A DNA stretch of 64,000 nt from Octopus vulgaris. Lineage: Eukaryota. The stretch spans positions 85,436,001 through 85,500,000 of the forward strand of contig OX597823.1 in NCBI GenBank assembly GCA_951406725.2, given 5' to 3'. The stretch's first letter is position 1. The number at the start of each line of letters is the position of its first letter. The notes below the pieces were generated by a model. It saw only the letters and a list, made by a program, of their open reading frames with translations, did not search any database and had not been told where the DNA came from. A program made the position numbers and the translations under genes. Positions 42,230 through 56,136 of this stretch are shown one piece after another.

Positions 42230-43020
42230 ATTCAGCATATTAAATAAAACCATGCATGGCTGTTTCTCATAGACTTGATGAAGATAGTAGCATTGACATG
42301 AAGCGAAGCCTCCCTTAGACTCATGGCCATTACATCGCATCATACTTCGAAGGCTATGCATATACAATCCAAGAACAAAACATTGCCACTAAATTCCTAA
42401 TCAACAAAAGAGAAAATGAAGACATTGGAATTCCAAGGTGCAAATACAAATGAAGGTTGTGCCATATTTCTGTGAAAGACATCACTCATGCGATTAGAAG
42501 ATGCCTCAAAATGTCATTAAGGTACTAGCTCCCTATAGGATATGACGTTGTCGCAAAAAATATATATAATGCCATTCAGCAAAAAGCCTGTCCTGGAATA
42601 AATATGTAGATTTCACCTATCCCTGAATACGTACACAAATACCTACACATTTTCATCAAAACATCTGTAAAATGTAAATATAACAGGCCAGATGGTGATG
42701 TTTGGGGCAAAAAAAGAAAAAGTATGCACTGTCACAGAGGTCAGCTGCGCCGTTGATGTGAGTATCTCTTTGAGAATGAAAGAAAAAGAAGATAAGTATG
42801 AAGAACTGTTTCGAAACCTGCAGCTTCTATATCAGGATTAGAATATATATATTTATACTAATGCTGGTTGGAACACTTGGTTTTCTAAGTAAATGCCTAA
42901 CGGTCAGTCTGGATAAGCTAGGACTTTCAGTAAAAGGAATCATCCAACTGATTTGCACATCAGAAAAACAATCTGTATGTGCAACAGTAATATTTTGGAA
43001 GACTTTCTCGGGATTAAAAC
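42230..43020 (+). mobile_element. R4/Dong-like LINE C-terminal restriction-like endonuclease region (decayed)
   Basis: FEGYAYTIQEQNIATK, degenerate CCHC knuckle (RLCHISVKDITHAIRRC), YDVVAK, KYNRPDG, EVSCAVDV, KEKEDKYEEL; multiple stops and frameshifts. Confidence 0.75.
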
Positions 43021-43157
43021 GTGACATTTATTTCGTTTTCTTCATTCCAAAGAAGCAACTTAATATTTTTGTTACAAACCAACAAACCAGCATCTTCTTC
43101 AGAGGAAGAACATAAATATGTACACACACACACACACATACACACATACATACACAC

Positions 43158-43193
<36 letters not shown>

Positions 43194-43220
43194 ATGTATG
43201 TGTGTGTGTATATATATATG

Positions 43221-43515
43221 GAAGCGCAATGACCTAGTGGTTAGGGCAGCGGACTCGCGGTCGTAGGATCGCGGTTTCGATTCCCAGACCGGGCGTTGTG
43301 AGTGTTTATTGAGCGAAAACACCTAAAAGCTCCACGAAGCTCTGGCAGGGGGTGGTGATCCCTGCTGTACTCTTTCACCACTCTTTCTCCCACACTTTCT
43401 TCTGTTGGCCTGCTCGCTTAGCCAGCGAGGTGGCGTCATTCGAAGGCTAAAACAATGCGAACGCATTGTGACCAGCGATGTGTAACTACATCTGATGGAC
43501 TGGTCGGTCACGTGA
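43221..43515 (+). mobile_element. SINE-C copy (tail type 2)
   Basis: Head nearly identical to the 3095 copy; different tail GGCCTGCTCGCTTAGCCAGCG...CATCTGATGGACTGGTCGGTCACGTGA; (TA)n on both sides. Confidence 0.88.
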
Positions 43516-43644
43516 TATATATATATATATATATACACAGACATAACAGAAATAAATAGACGCACTTATAATCATTAAAATTTATTTAAATCTGAAATTA
43601 TACATTCAAATTAATTATTAATAGGTATAACGTGACATCTGATA

Positions 43645-43960
43645 TTTAGTAGACATACCCTTTTCATTTCTCAATGCAAGGACCCTATTAGGCATGTTAC
43701 TGATCAGATGACGAATATTCTCTTGCGGAATTTCTTGCCAAACTTCATGTAGTAATCTCAAACGATCAGGTTTTGACTATGCTTTCTTGTTCTTTTTATG
43801 AAGTGTCCTGTCCATTACGTCCCAGGAGTGTTCAACCGTGTTCATATCTGGTGACTGGCTTGGCTATGGAACCTTTTTTAATGTCATTCTCAGCCAATAA
43901 GTCTTTGATCAGCTTAGCCTTGTAGTAAGGAGCTCCATCTTCCATAAATAAAGTGTCTTT
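43645..43960 (-). mobile_element. Tc1-family (DD34E-like) transposase C-terminal remnant
   Basis: FMEDGAPYYKAK...P*PSQSPDMNTVEHSWD...WQEIPQENIRHLISNMPNRV...KGMSTKY, with one frameshift and stops. Confidence 0.8.
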
Positions 43961-44057
43961 AAAATATAAAATAAAAAATATAAACTTTTACAAGTTAAAA
44001 GCGATGTTTTATGGAACGTCTATTTACTTCTGCCATGTGTGTGTGTGTGTGTGTATA

Positions 44058-44280
44058 AGCTGAGGTTCATGGCTTTGTGGTTAGAGTATTGGACTCGTGA
44101 TTATAAAATTGTGGTTTCGATTCCTGGACTGAACAATGCATTGTGTTCTGGAGTGAAACATTTTATGTCACATTATTCCAATCGACCCAGCTGGAAAAAC
44201 TGAATAACCCAGCGACGGACCGGTTCTAGAAAATCCAGCAAACCGACTCTAGGAGTCTATATAGCTAGCGAATGAACACT
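44058..44280 (+). mobile_element. Diverged SINE-C-related copy
   Basis: CATGGCTTTGTGGTTAGAG...GGACTCGTG...GGTTTCGATTCCTGGAC. Confidence 0.65.
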
Positions 44281-44345
44281 CATGCTTGACTGTTAAATCC
44301 ACAAGGTATTTTATCCTATCTTTCTCTGTTTATTTTCTCTTATTC

Positions 44346-44381
44346 CTTTTTACTGAAGTGCGTAGGTTCGAAACGTAAAAG
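44346..44381 (+). ncRNA. Minimal type I hammerhead-like motif (degenerate)
   Basis: CTTT-TTACTGA-A-GTGC(GTAG)GTTC-GAAAC-GTA-AAAG; same family as 54898-54933. Confidence 0.5.
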
Positions 44382-44941
44382 ACTTTCTCATTTTCCCGAG
44401 CGTCAAACTGATACACTTGCTGTCTGTTCATACACCTGTCTTTAAATTTCAACTATATATTAGGGAGATGTTTGTAACTTATGTGTACGTGTGCCTGTGC
44501 GCTCGTGTTTTAGTGCCTCTTGTCGAGTTTTCTTATATATCGGAGTGTTTATACACAGACACACACACACAATCACATATACACGCACAAACACACACAA
44601 ACACGCAGAAACACAATCACACACACGCACACACACGCACACACATACATATACTTATATATATATGTGTGTGTATTTCTATATGCGATTGCATATACGC
44701 ACTACGCACACTCTCACATGCGCGCGGGCCTCCACACACAAGCACACACACACACAAATATATAATATATATATACACACACACATACTCCCACCACTAC
44801 CACACTCAGATATATATATATAAGTGTATGTATATATATGTATATATATGTACAAATATATATATACACATATATATATATACATATACATACATATATA
44901 CATATATATACATATATACATATATATACATATATATATAT

Positions 44942-44972
<31 letters not shown>

Positions 44973-44973
44973 C

Positions 44974-45029
<56 letters not shown>

Positions 45030-45307
45030 ATATATCTGTGTGTATGCGTGTACAGTGTACGCATATACCGTTCGTAAACATGCATACGTACAAACATAAT
45101 TATTTGTATCAGAATCCCCGGACAACAGCGTTTTAAAACTTTATTTTCAAGTCTTAATAATTCAACAGAAGAACCAGCATGAGGGAGGGGGTGGAGAGGA
45201 TTTTTCGAAGACATCAAGGAGAGATTGTAAAATAAAAATAGAACTTGAAAATAAAATCGAAACTCAAAACCATATACACCATATAATAAGATATATGTAT
45301 ATACAAA

Positions 45308-45366
<59 letters not shown>

Positions 45367-45589
45367 ATATATATATGTGTGTGTGTGTTTATATGTGTGT
45401 GTGTAAGTAGTTTTTTGTATAATTAGTGAAGAATAGACCAAATGAGTTTAGAAAACTGTAGGAATCAGTGAGATACAGGAATTCAGAAATCAAGACCTAT
45501 TTTGTATACATCAGAAGCAACGAATATAACAAAAAGAAAAAACTATATGAAAGGAATTTAAGAATTTCTTCAAATAAAAAATATAGATG

Positions 45590-45635
<46 letters not shown>

Positions 45636-46492
45636 GAAGAAGAAGAAGAAGAAGAATGATAATAAGAATAATAACAACAATAATGATAATAGTTTGAAGT
45701 TATAGAATAATGATCATGATTGTAATGAAAACAATGATAATGATGATGATGATGATGATGACGAGGAGGAGGAGGAGGAGGAGGAGGATGTTGATGATTA
45801 CAATAACAACAGCAAAAACAACAACAGCAACAATATTAATAATAATTGTCCCTTGACGTCTTTGATTGTGACTTGGGTGCAGCTTATATAAATTAAAGCA
45901 AAAGAAATACGGCAACAATAATAATAATGATAACAAACGAACGAACGAAAGAAAGAAAGAAGGAAAGAAAGAAAGAAAGAATACTGAAGGAATCTAGTAG
46001 GAGAGTCATTAAAAAATTTTACAACGAAATAAAATATCCAGGGATTTCGGCAAAAAAAATTCATAATAATGATAATCTAGTGGAATGCTTATGAGATGAT
46101 AAGATGAAAATCGCTACAGGCACGTAAAAAAGATGGCTTAATGTTAATCATATAATCATCTATCGTGCGATGGCGGAGGTCTTGATGAATTTAACTATGT
46201 ACGAGTGTATGTACGTCTGTGTGTGTGTGTTAGTGTATGTATGTACCTGTATGTATATTTCTGTGTTTGTGTGGTGAGAGAGCGAGAGAAGGGGGGAGGA
46301 GAAACGGAGATGTGGGAGATGGATTACTAGTGTCTAGACAAAATTCTTTAAATTGTAGTTGATATATAGCCGTTCCTGTTCGTTTTAAATATGAATAGAA
46401 ATAAATCACCGTGTGGTAGTTTGTATATATACAGTATATGTTTAATACATGTTGACTATATAAATACTTTACATATGTAGTTCCAATCATAC

Positions 46493-46583
<91 letters not shown>

Positions 46584-46619
46584 TAGATATAGATATAGAG
46601 ATATTTATATACGTATATA

Positions 46620-46662
<43 letters not shown>

Positions 46663-47680
46663 AGTATAAACATATATATACGTATATAAGCAGATAGACA
46701 CATTGTATTTTGTATTTACATATATATTTGTACATGTTTGTGTGTACATACATATATATGTGTATATATTTGTGCGGTGTTGGGGTGTTTGGGTGTGAAT
46801 TTATATATGTGTACGTAAGATCTCACTAGGTGTATATGGTATTCCATCTATACATGCTTATACTCATACATATACATGTATGCATAGTATAATCTTGTAG
46901 GTGTGCATATACACATCCACGTAACAATATACATAATACAGTGACATTCTCTCTAGTTAGTCAAACCCCATTTACAAATACACACAAACTCAAATACACA
47001 CATTGAAAAGTATACTATATGGTGAAGTTTCACCTGGGAGTTGGGGATTGAAAAACCTTTATTCGACCCAGAATATTTTCCGTTGTATATTATACATAAC
47101 TCTACTCCATAGCCATACTGACATTAGCAACATGAAAAAAATTAATGAGAACTCGGGAGCGTTGCGCTGTCACTTTATCTGCAGCTAAATTTATTTCTAA
47201 TCACAGTCTACTATCTTTAAAATTAAGGAAGCCTTATATGTGTTCTTATGTAAAACATGTTGGAAAGAAAGAAAAAAATGACGAGATAGTCGCAGTTGCT
47301 ATGCCTTTTCAATTATAACTTTTCTTCTTGATGTGAACTGACCTAACGCTAAACAGCCACAATGAAAAATTATAGGAACATCTATATGGTTGTTCCAGCT
47401 CCAATTTATTCTTAAAACATGCTAGCGTTATACGTAATCAAGCACACATAAGATAGCGCTATCATTTTATTATTTCTTTAAAAAATTAATGAATTTTTCC
47501 AATGTCTTTGATTACGGATCTGCTCTGTCGTAGTTGACCGGGTCTTGCATTACCAGATCAAGAACACTGACAAATAGGTTAAATTTCACTCATCTGAAGC
47601 AATGCTTGTTGGGAATTGAGAGAACGTGGGTTACATTTAGTATGCGGAACGATCCCACAAATACACAAAAGAAACTTTCT

Positions 47681-47878
47681 TATTTCTTTATTGCCCACAA
47701 GGGGATTTCGTCGATTACATCAACCCCAGTGCGAAACTGGTACTTATTTATCGACTCCGAAAGGATAAAAGGTAAAGTCGACCTCGGCGGAATTTGAACT
47801 CAAAACGTAGAGGCAGACGAAATACTGCTAAGCATTTCGGTCGGCGTGCTAACGTTTCTGCCAGCTCGCAGCCTTCAT
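47681..47878 (-). mobile_element. Full-length SINE-A (shortened tail A) with TSD
   Basis: Head, core and GTGGGCAATAAAGAAATA tail; TSD AAGAAACTTTCT at 47669-47680 and 47879-47890. Confidence 0.9.
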
Positions 47879-48602
47879 AAGAAACTTTCTCTTTGTTTTG
47901 TAATTGGTCCCAAACATTTTTCTATGAGGCAAAGACGCTCTATTCGCTGCAGAAGAACATCATTATTCATATTCTTTCTATACTCTGTTAACGTCATCTA
48001 TATTTCAGGGACGTCATTGTACACCGTCTGAAGAGAAACAAGGCTCACGAAAATGTATGTTCTCCCAGGAAACTTTGCTAAGCGACAAACCTACGCATAT
48101 TTCCTTTATATTGCATTTTAGAACTCAAAGATTTCTCTCTCTTCATCCATTCTTGCTTTACGTCTCGGAACCAAAAGTTTCGTAATGTACATATAAAACA
48201 TTTTCGATGAAAAATCCCCGAGTATACCTAATTAGGAAATAGTAAGGGGAGTAGATATGTCTCATTTTATCGAGCTTGTGTTAGTAAGATGCTTATTCCG
48301 TGTAGAGTCTTTCGGTGAGTTTTATTCCCTAGTAATGGAGTATCATCCTAGCAAGGTTAATCTACTTAGGTATATAGCTTTTGACATGCTTTTCTTTACG
48401 GACAATTTAAACTTAATCCATTTAGAACAAGATGTAACTCGTCAACACAAGGCAAATCTCTCGTTTTACGCACGCACACACATACACACACACACACACA
48501 GACACACACACAAGCACATAGACGCACAAGCAGATATGCACGCACGCATTCACATACATACATACATACATACAAACATACATACATACATACATACATA
48601 CA

Positions 48603-48635
<33 letters not shown>

Positions 48636-48802
48636 GTAAGTAAAAGTAAAAACTTACTATAGACAAGGCTGCGTAACGTTCGATTGTAAATCAATAAATC
48701 TAAAATACATCGAGTACAGGACATCAACGAGTAAAGAATACATAAACACACGAGCGATAAGTGCAGGACAAAATACCCCCCAAATATACAACAGGAACAT
48801 AA

Positions 48803-48863
48803 CATCACCTACGAGTGAAAAATACTCATTACGTGTTTACGTATTTTTCACTCGTTGGTGATG
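48803..48863. repeat. 23-bp inverted repeat, 15-nt loop
   Basis: CATCACCTACGAGTGAAAAATAC / GTATTTTTCACTCGTTGGTGATG, one mismatch. Confidence 0.85.
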
Positions 48864-49330
48864 CCCTGCATTTGATTGTGTGTATATATATATAATTAAG
48901 ATTCGGTTGAATTAGGTACTTAAATTGAGGTACCAAACCAGTTCGGTATAAATCATGCAGCTCGAAATTAGGTGAATAAAAAGCAAATGAGTAACAAGGA
49001 TGTCCATGTATCAGTGCATTACGATCGTTTCAGGCAACTCCATTTAATCGATCACTGAATACATTAAATCACTTTGAAATAAACCGTTCTTACCGGAAGC
49101 AGACGACCATATCGATTACCAACATAAAGGATAAACCATTATTTTTTTTTTAGCAACTGTCCATCAGTACAAGAGACTAAAATAATAACTTTGTTCTCTC
49201 TTGCTATTTTTCTCGCAGAATGAATTTAGGGGGCAAATGTATATCTAAGGCCTACTATAAGTTAGAGTGGTATATATATAAATATATTATTTATTTATTT
49301 ATTTATTTATTTATTACATAAAATAAGGTA

Positions 49331-49569
49331 CTCAGAAATGTGGATGGTTGTACATTTACAGATTTTTATTAATATATCACATGTTTTTATAAATCACATA
49401 TTAGCGCTTGCATCTACTCTAGTAAGTTCTTCAGATGTCTTCTTAATTCTTCATAATTTCAAATTTGAAGAATCTATTAGAGTAGATGCAAGCGCGATAT
49501 ATATGATTTGTAAAATCATGTGACCTATTAATAAAAATCTGTAAATGTACAGCCATCCAGATCTCTGAG
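49331..49569. mobile_element. Foldback/MITE-like element with ~108-bp inverted arms
   Basis: CTCAGAAATGTGGATGGTTGTACATTTACAGATTTTTATTAATA...GCGCTTGCATCTACTCTA pairs with TAGAGTAGATGCAAGCGC...TATTAATAAAAATCTGTAAATGTACAGCCATCCAGATCTCTGAG. Confidence 0.75.
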
Positions 49570-49616
49570 CAAATTATTTTTTCTAATATATAATACCAGT
49601 ACATCACATCCAAAAC

Positions 49617-49654
<38 letters not shown>

Positions 49655-50301
49655 CATACATGCATACATATACATATATTTATACATGTGTGTTTCTGCG
49701 CGCACACACACAAAAATCTTACAGAAGTCATTCGTATTTTTTAGATAATTCCATAAATCCGCTTTCGGCTTATATGAAGGTTTCCGTGCGGCACCAGAAT
49801 AGAATCTTGAAATGTCTGCATCAAATATTTGTTATTCATTTCAACCATCATCTGAACATCGTCTGGCTTTAATGAAGCCGTGTCATTCTGAATATTTATG
49901 CCAGTTTCCCTCTACCAACGCTCCAATCCTATATAGTCTATAAGATTTGAATCTGATAAATTTTGAATTCACATATATGGTGTTATATGATCGTAAATAT
50001 TATCTAACAGATATCAATTCTTTGGATGCCTTGGTTTATGAGAAGGCACTGAGCCTTGTTGAAACAAGTTATAACCTTTCACTACGGATTTCATCTATCC
50101 GGTACTTGAACGTTTGCGGCAGCATTAATTTTACGGTCCCGTGAAAAGATGTCTGATGGCATGATATAACATTCCTTATTCACCACTCTTGAAACCATCA
50201 CAATTGCAGAAAATAAAGTGTGCTTCATTCGTAGGACATCAGAAGAAGCGGCAGGTAACCGTTTGTCATTTCACTTGTGAGATTTTAAGTTTTAGTTGAA
50301 A

Positions 50302-50689
50302 CTAGCAGTATCGCCCGGCGTTGCTCAGGTTTGTAAGGGAAATAACTATAAAGCATTTTTAGAGAGTTATAGCCAAAAAATAGCAAAAAAATGGGAAAAA
50401 AATTATGGTAAATTTTTTTTTGAGAGTAAAAAAAGGTTGAGTTGCGTCCCCTAGACAGTCTGTGGTTTTTTTTTTTTTATTATCGACCCCATGTCGAATT
50501 TATCGATTTTTTTCAGAACTGGGGTTAACTTTTCAAAATTTTCGCTGCGTTAGTTTTGAATTATGACATTGGGCTATGTGTGTGTCAAGTTTCATCAGAA
50601 TCGGTTGAAAGCCGTGGTCAGGGTGAGGGTACGAGAAAACAGACACACAGAAACACGCACAGACAAACTGCCGTTTATATATAGAGAGA
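50302..50689 (-). mobile_element. Complete non-autonomous Helitron (~390 bp)
   Basis: Minus strand A|TCTCTCTATATATAAACGG...subterminal hairpin CCTGAGCAACGCCGGG...CTAG|T; canonical TC/CTAG ends at an AT target, no TSD. Confidence 0.88.
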
Positions 50690-50704
50690 TTTTTCTCATC
50701 AAAG

Positions 50705-51120
50705 TAGGAGAGGCTACGAGGTAAGTAAGTTGCTTACGAACCACGTGGTTCCGAGTTCAGTCCACTGCGTAGCACCTTGGGCAAGTGTCTTCTACTATGG
50801 CCTCGGGCCGACCAAAGATTATGAGAGCATTTGGTAGACGGAAACTGAAAGAAGTCCGTCGTATATATGTACATATATGTGTATGTGTGTGTATATGCTT
50901 GTGTGTCTGTTTGCCCCTCCAGCATTGCTTGACAACCGATGCTGATGTGTTTACGTCCCCGTAATCTAGCGGTTCGGCAAAAAGAGGCCGATAGAATAAG
51001 TACTAGGCTTACAAAGAATCAGTCCTGAGGTCGATTTGCTCGACTAAAGGCGGTGCTCCAGCTTGGCCACAGTCAAATGACTGAAACAAGTAAAAAGAGA
51101 GAGTAAAGAGTAAAGTAAAA
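50705..51120 (+). mobile_element. SINE-B copy (near full length)
   Basis: GTAGGAG head, GAGTTCAGTCC B-box-like motif, CCTTGGGCAAGTG CORE-like segment, internal microsatellite, tail GACTGAAACAAGTAAAAAGAG. Confidence 0.9.
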
Positions 51121-51184
51121 ACAAGCATGCTACATTTGTGAAGGTATTTAACCCTGTAAATCACTCGTCTGTCACCGACTAAAC

Positions 51185-51425
51185 ACGTATTCCTGTGTCT
51201 TTGCAAACCTGAATTTTCCTCTCCTCTCTATGGGTTGTCCTTGGGCACCACAGTTCTTGATAATCCGCTCCCACACTTGAAGTTATTCGGCAATGACTTT
51301 CGTTGATTTCCCAGGATCTTCGTCGATAATGTTTTGGGATCTTTGGGGCAATTACAGTGTTTTTCTTTCTTTATACATTCGGAACATTTTCGCTGAAATT
51401 CGTGTGCAAATGGTTTTGCAGGACC
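51185..51425 (-). mobile_element. Tc1/mariner-superfamily (maT-like) transposase HTH remnant
   Basis: Minus-strand QNIIDEDPGKSTKVIAE*LQVWE...RTVVPKD...RRGKFRFAKTQE resembles IDEDP.KS.R.IA..L.VSE...VVHED...RRGQFMS. Confidence 0.55.
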
Positions 51426-51748
51426 TGAAAGTAATAAAATTCTTTAAATTGGTTTGAAGACAGAAAGATGCTGCTAAGTGTACGTATATATCTACATCAT
51501 TATGTGCGTGTGTGTGTATAGGTGTGTGTATGGATGTATGCAGGTATGTATGCGTGCATGTATGTATATATATATAGACAAATAGAGAGGGAAGGAGAGA
51601 TAATTACACACACACACACACACAAACACGCACACATACATATTTATATATACAGCAGTACCACAAAACCCTTTGAGTGCTTTTAGTAAATGAGAAGATT
51701 ACACCAAGGGATGATGAAAGAAAATAAATTGGCTTCTACACACACACA

Positions 51749-51847
<99 letters not shown>

Positions 51848-51983
51848 ATAATGAATAGGTCCCTATGTTCAGGTTGAACAAAAGTGTACTCCATTTACCG
51901 AGAGTAAATATTGTTTTTATGACCACCCAACATGTATGGCCCACGCTACCAAATGTTTCACGCACGTGGAACTCGTGTATTCA

Positions 51984-52050
<67 letters not shown>

Positions 52051-52638
52051 TTGTGTTTGTGTGGATGGGTATAGCTCCATCTTCACAAATGACCGCCGTC
52101 TCGTTATGCTTCCATGTTATATCTGCCTTTTTGTCCATTGTTTCTCAGATGATTATTCAGTCTCGCTGGAAGGTTGAATGCCTTGAAATGCAGATGACTA
52201 AAGACACATATAACAGACCGTGCTCTTCCAATTGGTTAGATCTGCCCAAGTTCTTGTTCCACATATCGAATGCCAAAAAGAATTTTAGTAGATGAAATGC
52301 GGAATGACATCGCCATAAAGAAACATCTTGCATATCATTGGATTAAGGAGATTAACACTTGTTTAACAGAACTACTACTCTCTGAATCTCTGGGATTAGT
52401 ACCTGGTAGTAGGCCGAAGCTAGATGTGTAGTAATCACATGAATAGCAGGTTTTATTACAAAGTGCCCTCTCCTAGAAGGTTGATGTAGGTCCCTCACTT
52501 CTCAAAATGCTGGAACTTCCGAACCAGAACTTGATGCATACCCAGGACATATACATACATATATACATTATTCAACATAAATTTATATAAGTATATATAT
52601 TAACACTTAAACACATATATATATACATATATACTTAC

Positions 52639-52674
<36 letters not shown>

Positions 52675-52749
52675 AAACTTACACACATATGTACACATTC
52701 ACATACATACATCCATAAAGACAGAAAGAGAGAGAGAGAGACAGAGACA

Positions 52750-52965
<216 letters not shown>

Positions 52966-53913
52966 AAGTGATGCCTGAACAAAAAAGATGTCTGAATTTG
53001 TTCAAAACGATAGTCATGAATATGTCGGAAAATATATGCTTGATGAAATCTGAAGATGGCGGAATCAAATATTTATGATGCAAGAAACTTCATTAAAATA
53101 AGGAAATAATAAACAACAAAACAAAAACAAATTAGAGATTGTTTATAATTATTGCAATGTCCTAACTATGTCTTTCATCTTTATTTATTAAATGTTTAAA
53201 ATTCACCAAGCTGTTGTCTGCCGAATAAAATATGTACATAAAACCTTGTAAATGTATAAAGAAATATGTTTTTAAAATGCATCGCATCAACATACGATAT
53301 ACAATAGAAATTTAACGTAATCTGCATATAAAAAATATCAGCTTACAATAAATAGTACTAAAAAAAATAGTCTGGAATTATTGTGGTGTTAATATCCATA
53401 ATAACGTTATAAGTAGCGAGATGGAGGAATAATGATTACAGAAGTGTTGGAATAAATGTTTTTTTCTTTTTTTTTTCTTGTAGTAGTTGTGGGTGAGAGT
53501 GGAGTGCTGATAGCTGTGGTACAAGTAGTTGTCGTGGTGAAGTGATGGTGGTGGCTGTGGTGTCGGTAGTAGTAGTAGCAGTAGTAGAAATATATTTAGT
53601 AGTAGTAGTAGTAATAGTAATGGTGGTGGTGATGGTGATGGTGGTGGTAGTGGTGGCGACAGTAGTAGTAGTAGTAGTAGTAGTAGTAGTTAGAGGAGGA
53701 GGAGGAGTTGTGGTTTTCTCTTATCTTTTATTGAATCAAACTTTGATAGAGCAAACTTATGATTAATAAGTTCCAGCCATGACCATCTCAGAAAGTTTGA
53801 GTGACACAGTTTAACTGAGAGTACATTATTTAACGTGACCTTTCTTCTGTTTTTAAGGTATGACCTGTCTTTTATCCCCAGGAGAGACCTGACTAAACAG
53901 ACTTCAGCTAAGA

Positions 53914-54133
53914 TACTCTTTTACTTGTTTCAGTCATGCGACTGTGGCCATGCTGGAGCAGCGCCTTTAGTCGAGCAAATCGACCTCAGAACTTATTCTT
54001 TGTAAGCCTAGTACTTATTCTAGCGGACTCTTTTGCCGAACCGCTAATTTACGGGGACGTATACACGCCAGCATCGGTTGTTAAGCGATGTTGGGGGACA
54101 AACACAGACACACAAAGATATACACACACACAT

Positions 54134-54168
<35 letters not shown>

Positions 54169-54329
54169 CGATGAGCTTCTTTCAGTTTCCGTCTACCAAA
54201 TCCACTCACAAGTTTTGGTCGGTCCGAGACTATAGTAAAAGACACTTGCCTAAGGTGCCAATCAGTGGGACTAGACCCGGAACTATGTGGTTCGTAAGTA
54301 AGCTACTTACCACACAGTCACTCCTACGC
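53914..54329 (-). mobile_element. Full-length SINE-B
   Basis: Reverse complement of the 50705-51120 copy over its whole length. Confidence 0.9.
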
Positions 54330-54529
54330 TTACTCCAGCTTGGCCCCGGTCAATCAGAGTCCACCCATGCCCAACCAATAATTTTTCATAGGTACAGTGC
54401 TGTGCATCTAGATCTATATTACCCAATGTGTCCCTTTTGTTACGAGCTTGATGTCCTTTAGTCCTTAAAAGTTATCGTTCATAGAAATAAGATTTACTTA
54501 GCAATTGAAAATGAACTTATAGAAATCTT

Positions 54530-55157
54530 TTCTTTTATCTCTTCTAATTCTTCTTACTTCAGTCTGTTGACTGTGGCCATGCTGGTGCACTAACTTGAAG
54601 ATATTTAATCGAATGAAGCGCTCTCAGGATTTATTCAAGTCGATCTCTCTTGCCGAACCGCGAGAATACGGATATGTAAACACACCAACAGCGGTTGCCT
54701 AGCGAAGGTGAGGGACAGAAACACAAAATCGCGCGCGCGCAAGTGCACACGCACTCATGTGTGTGCATGTGTGTGTACCTATACATATATATATTTATAC
54801 ATTTACAGAAAATTTACGGAAAACAAATTTACATAAAACTAAAGACGGACAGGTGAAGGAACAAGTAGCTGTTTCAGATCGTGGAAAATGGAAATATCTT
54901 TGACATTTCGAGCCTACGCTCTCCAGCAGAAAGGCTTGAGAGGAAAAACATGGAGAGAGAATGAAAAAACAAATAATAAACACCCCAAAAAAATGAAGAG
55001 AGGAAAAATGTGCAGGGATTCGACTTCTTTCAGTTTACCTACAAAATCCACTCGCAATCATTTGTTTGCCCGAGCCTACAGAAGGAGACGGTTGCCTAAG
55101 GTGCCATGCAGTGGGACTGAGCCCAGAACCATGTAACTGGGTAGCATGCTTCTTACC
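54530..55157 (-). mobile_element. Diverged SINE-B interrupted by a hammerhead-bearing repeat (~54795-55010)
   Basis: 3' part 54545-54720 and head 55020-55157, with the insert sitting in the internal microsatellite. Confidence 0.7.
54898..54933 (-). ncRNA. Minimal type I hammerhead-like motif (variant core)
   Basis: Minus: CTTT-CTGCTGG-A-GAGC(GTAG)GCTC-GAAA-TG-TC-AAAG. Confidence 0.55.
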
Positions 55158-55855
55158 ACACACCCACACCTGCGCCAATAAATTTCTTGATTTACTAAAA
55201 TTATCTCCACCTCAAAAGAAAGTATTTTAATTACCTAATGGTAATTAAGACCAACTCAACCTGAATAGGGGAGAAGAATTCTCAAAGCGTTGACATAGCA
55301 TTAAGGAAAAGGTCAGTCTTATTGTCTGGAGAAAAGAGGGCCGCTGTGGACACGTGTTTCTGTTTTTCATCTGCACTACAATTGTCCAGCCTTATTTTCT
55401 GTTGCAAAGCGATTGCGACTCATTCCAAAATAAAAAAAAAAAATCATACGTATATGCTCATTTACAGTCTCGAAATATGCGTAATTTTCTTTAAAACAGA
55501 GCTGAAAGAAGCAGATCGGAGTTGACAGAGGCATGCATTTGAATAACGTAGACAAATGGAAAAAGGTAGAAATAATTTTAAATGAAAGAATTTAGGTAGT
55601 ACAGTATTACATATACCTGTATTTACATACGTACATAATACCATTATATATATATATATACACGAATGTGTGTGTGTGTGCATGCGTATGCGTGTATAGG
55701 TTACTGAAACTGCGAGTTTCTCTCGTTGTATGAGTTTGTTTCAGTAAAAGATCAATATTTTCTAGAACATGTATTGAGCATCTGTCTTTCGTTTCTTTGG
55801 CACAAAACAACAACACATACACACGCACAAATAGACACACAGACATATCTATATG

Positions 55856-55905
<50 letters not shown>

Positions 55906-56094
55906 ATTTACATATACATACGTATATGTGTGTATATGTACGTTGTATATATGTATATTTATATATATGTATGTCTGTCGTTATACATATAAGTCTAAAG
56001 GCATATACGTATGTATATATGCTTGTATGTATATATATATATATATTCATACATACAAACACATACATACATGCATACATACATACATACATAC

Positions 56095-56125
<31 letters not shown>

Positions 56126-56136
56126 CATACATACAT

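Noticed and set aside
51220-51440. Apparent minus-strand terminal exon (TTTCAG|G PAKPFAHEFQRKCSEC...)
   Set aside because: Another frame matches a Tc1/mariner transposase HTH region, which is the simpler explanation.
52060-52550. Higher-complexity island between microsatellites
   Set aside because: No recognisable motif in any frame; probably a decayed transposon, left uncalled.
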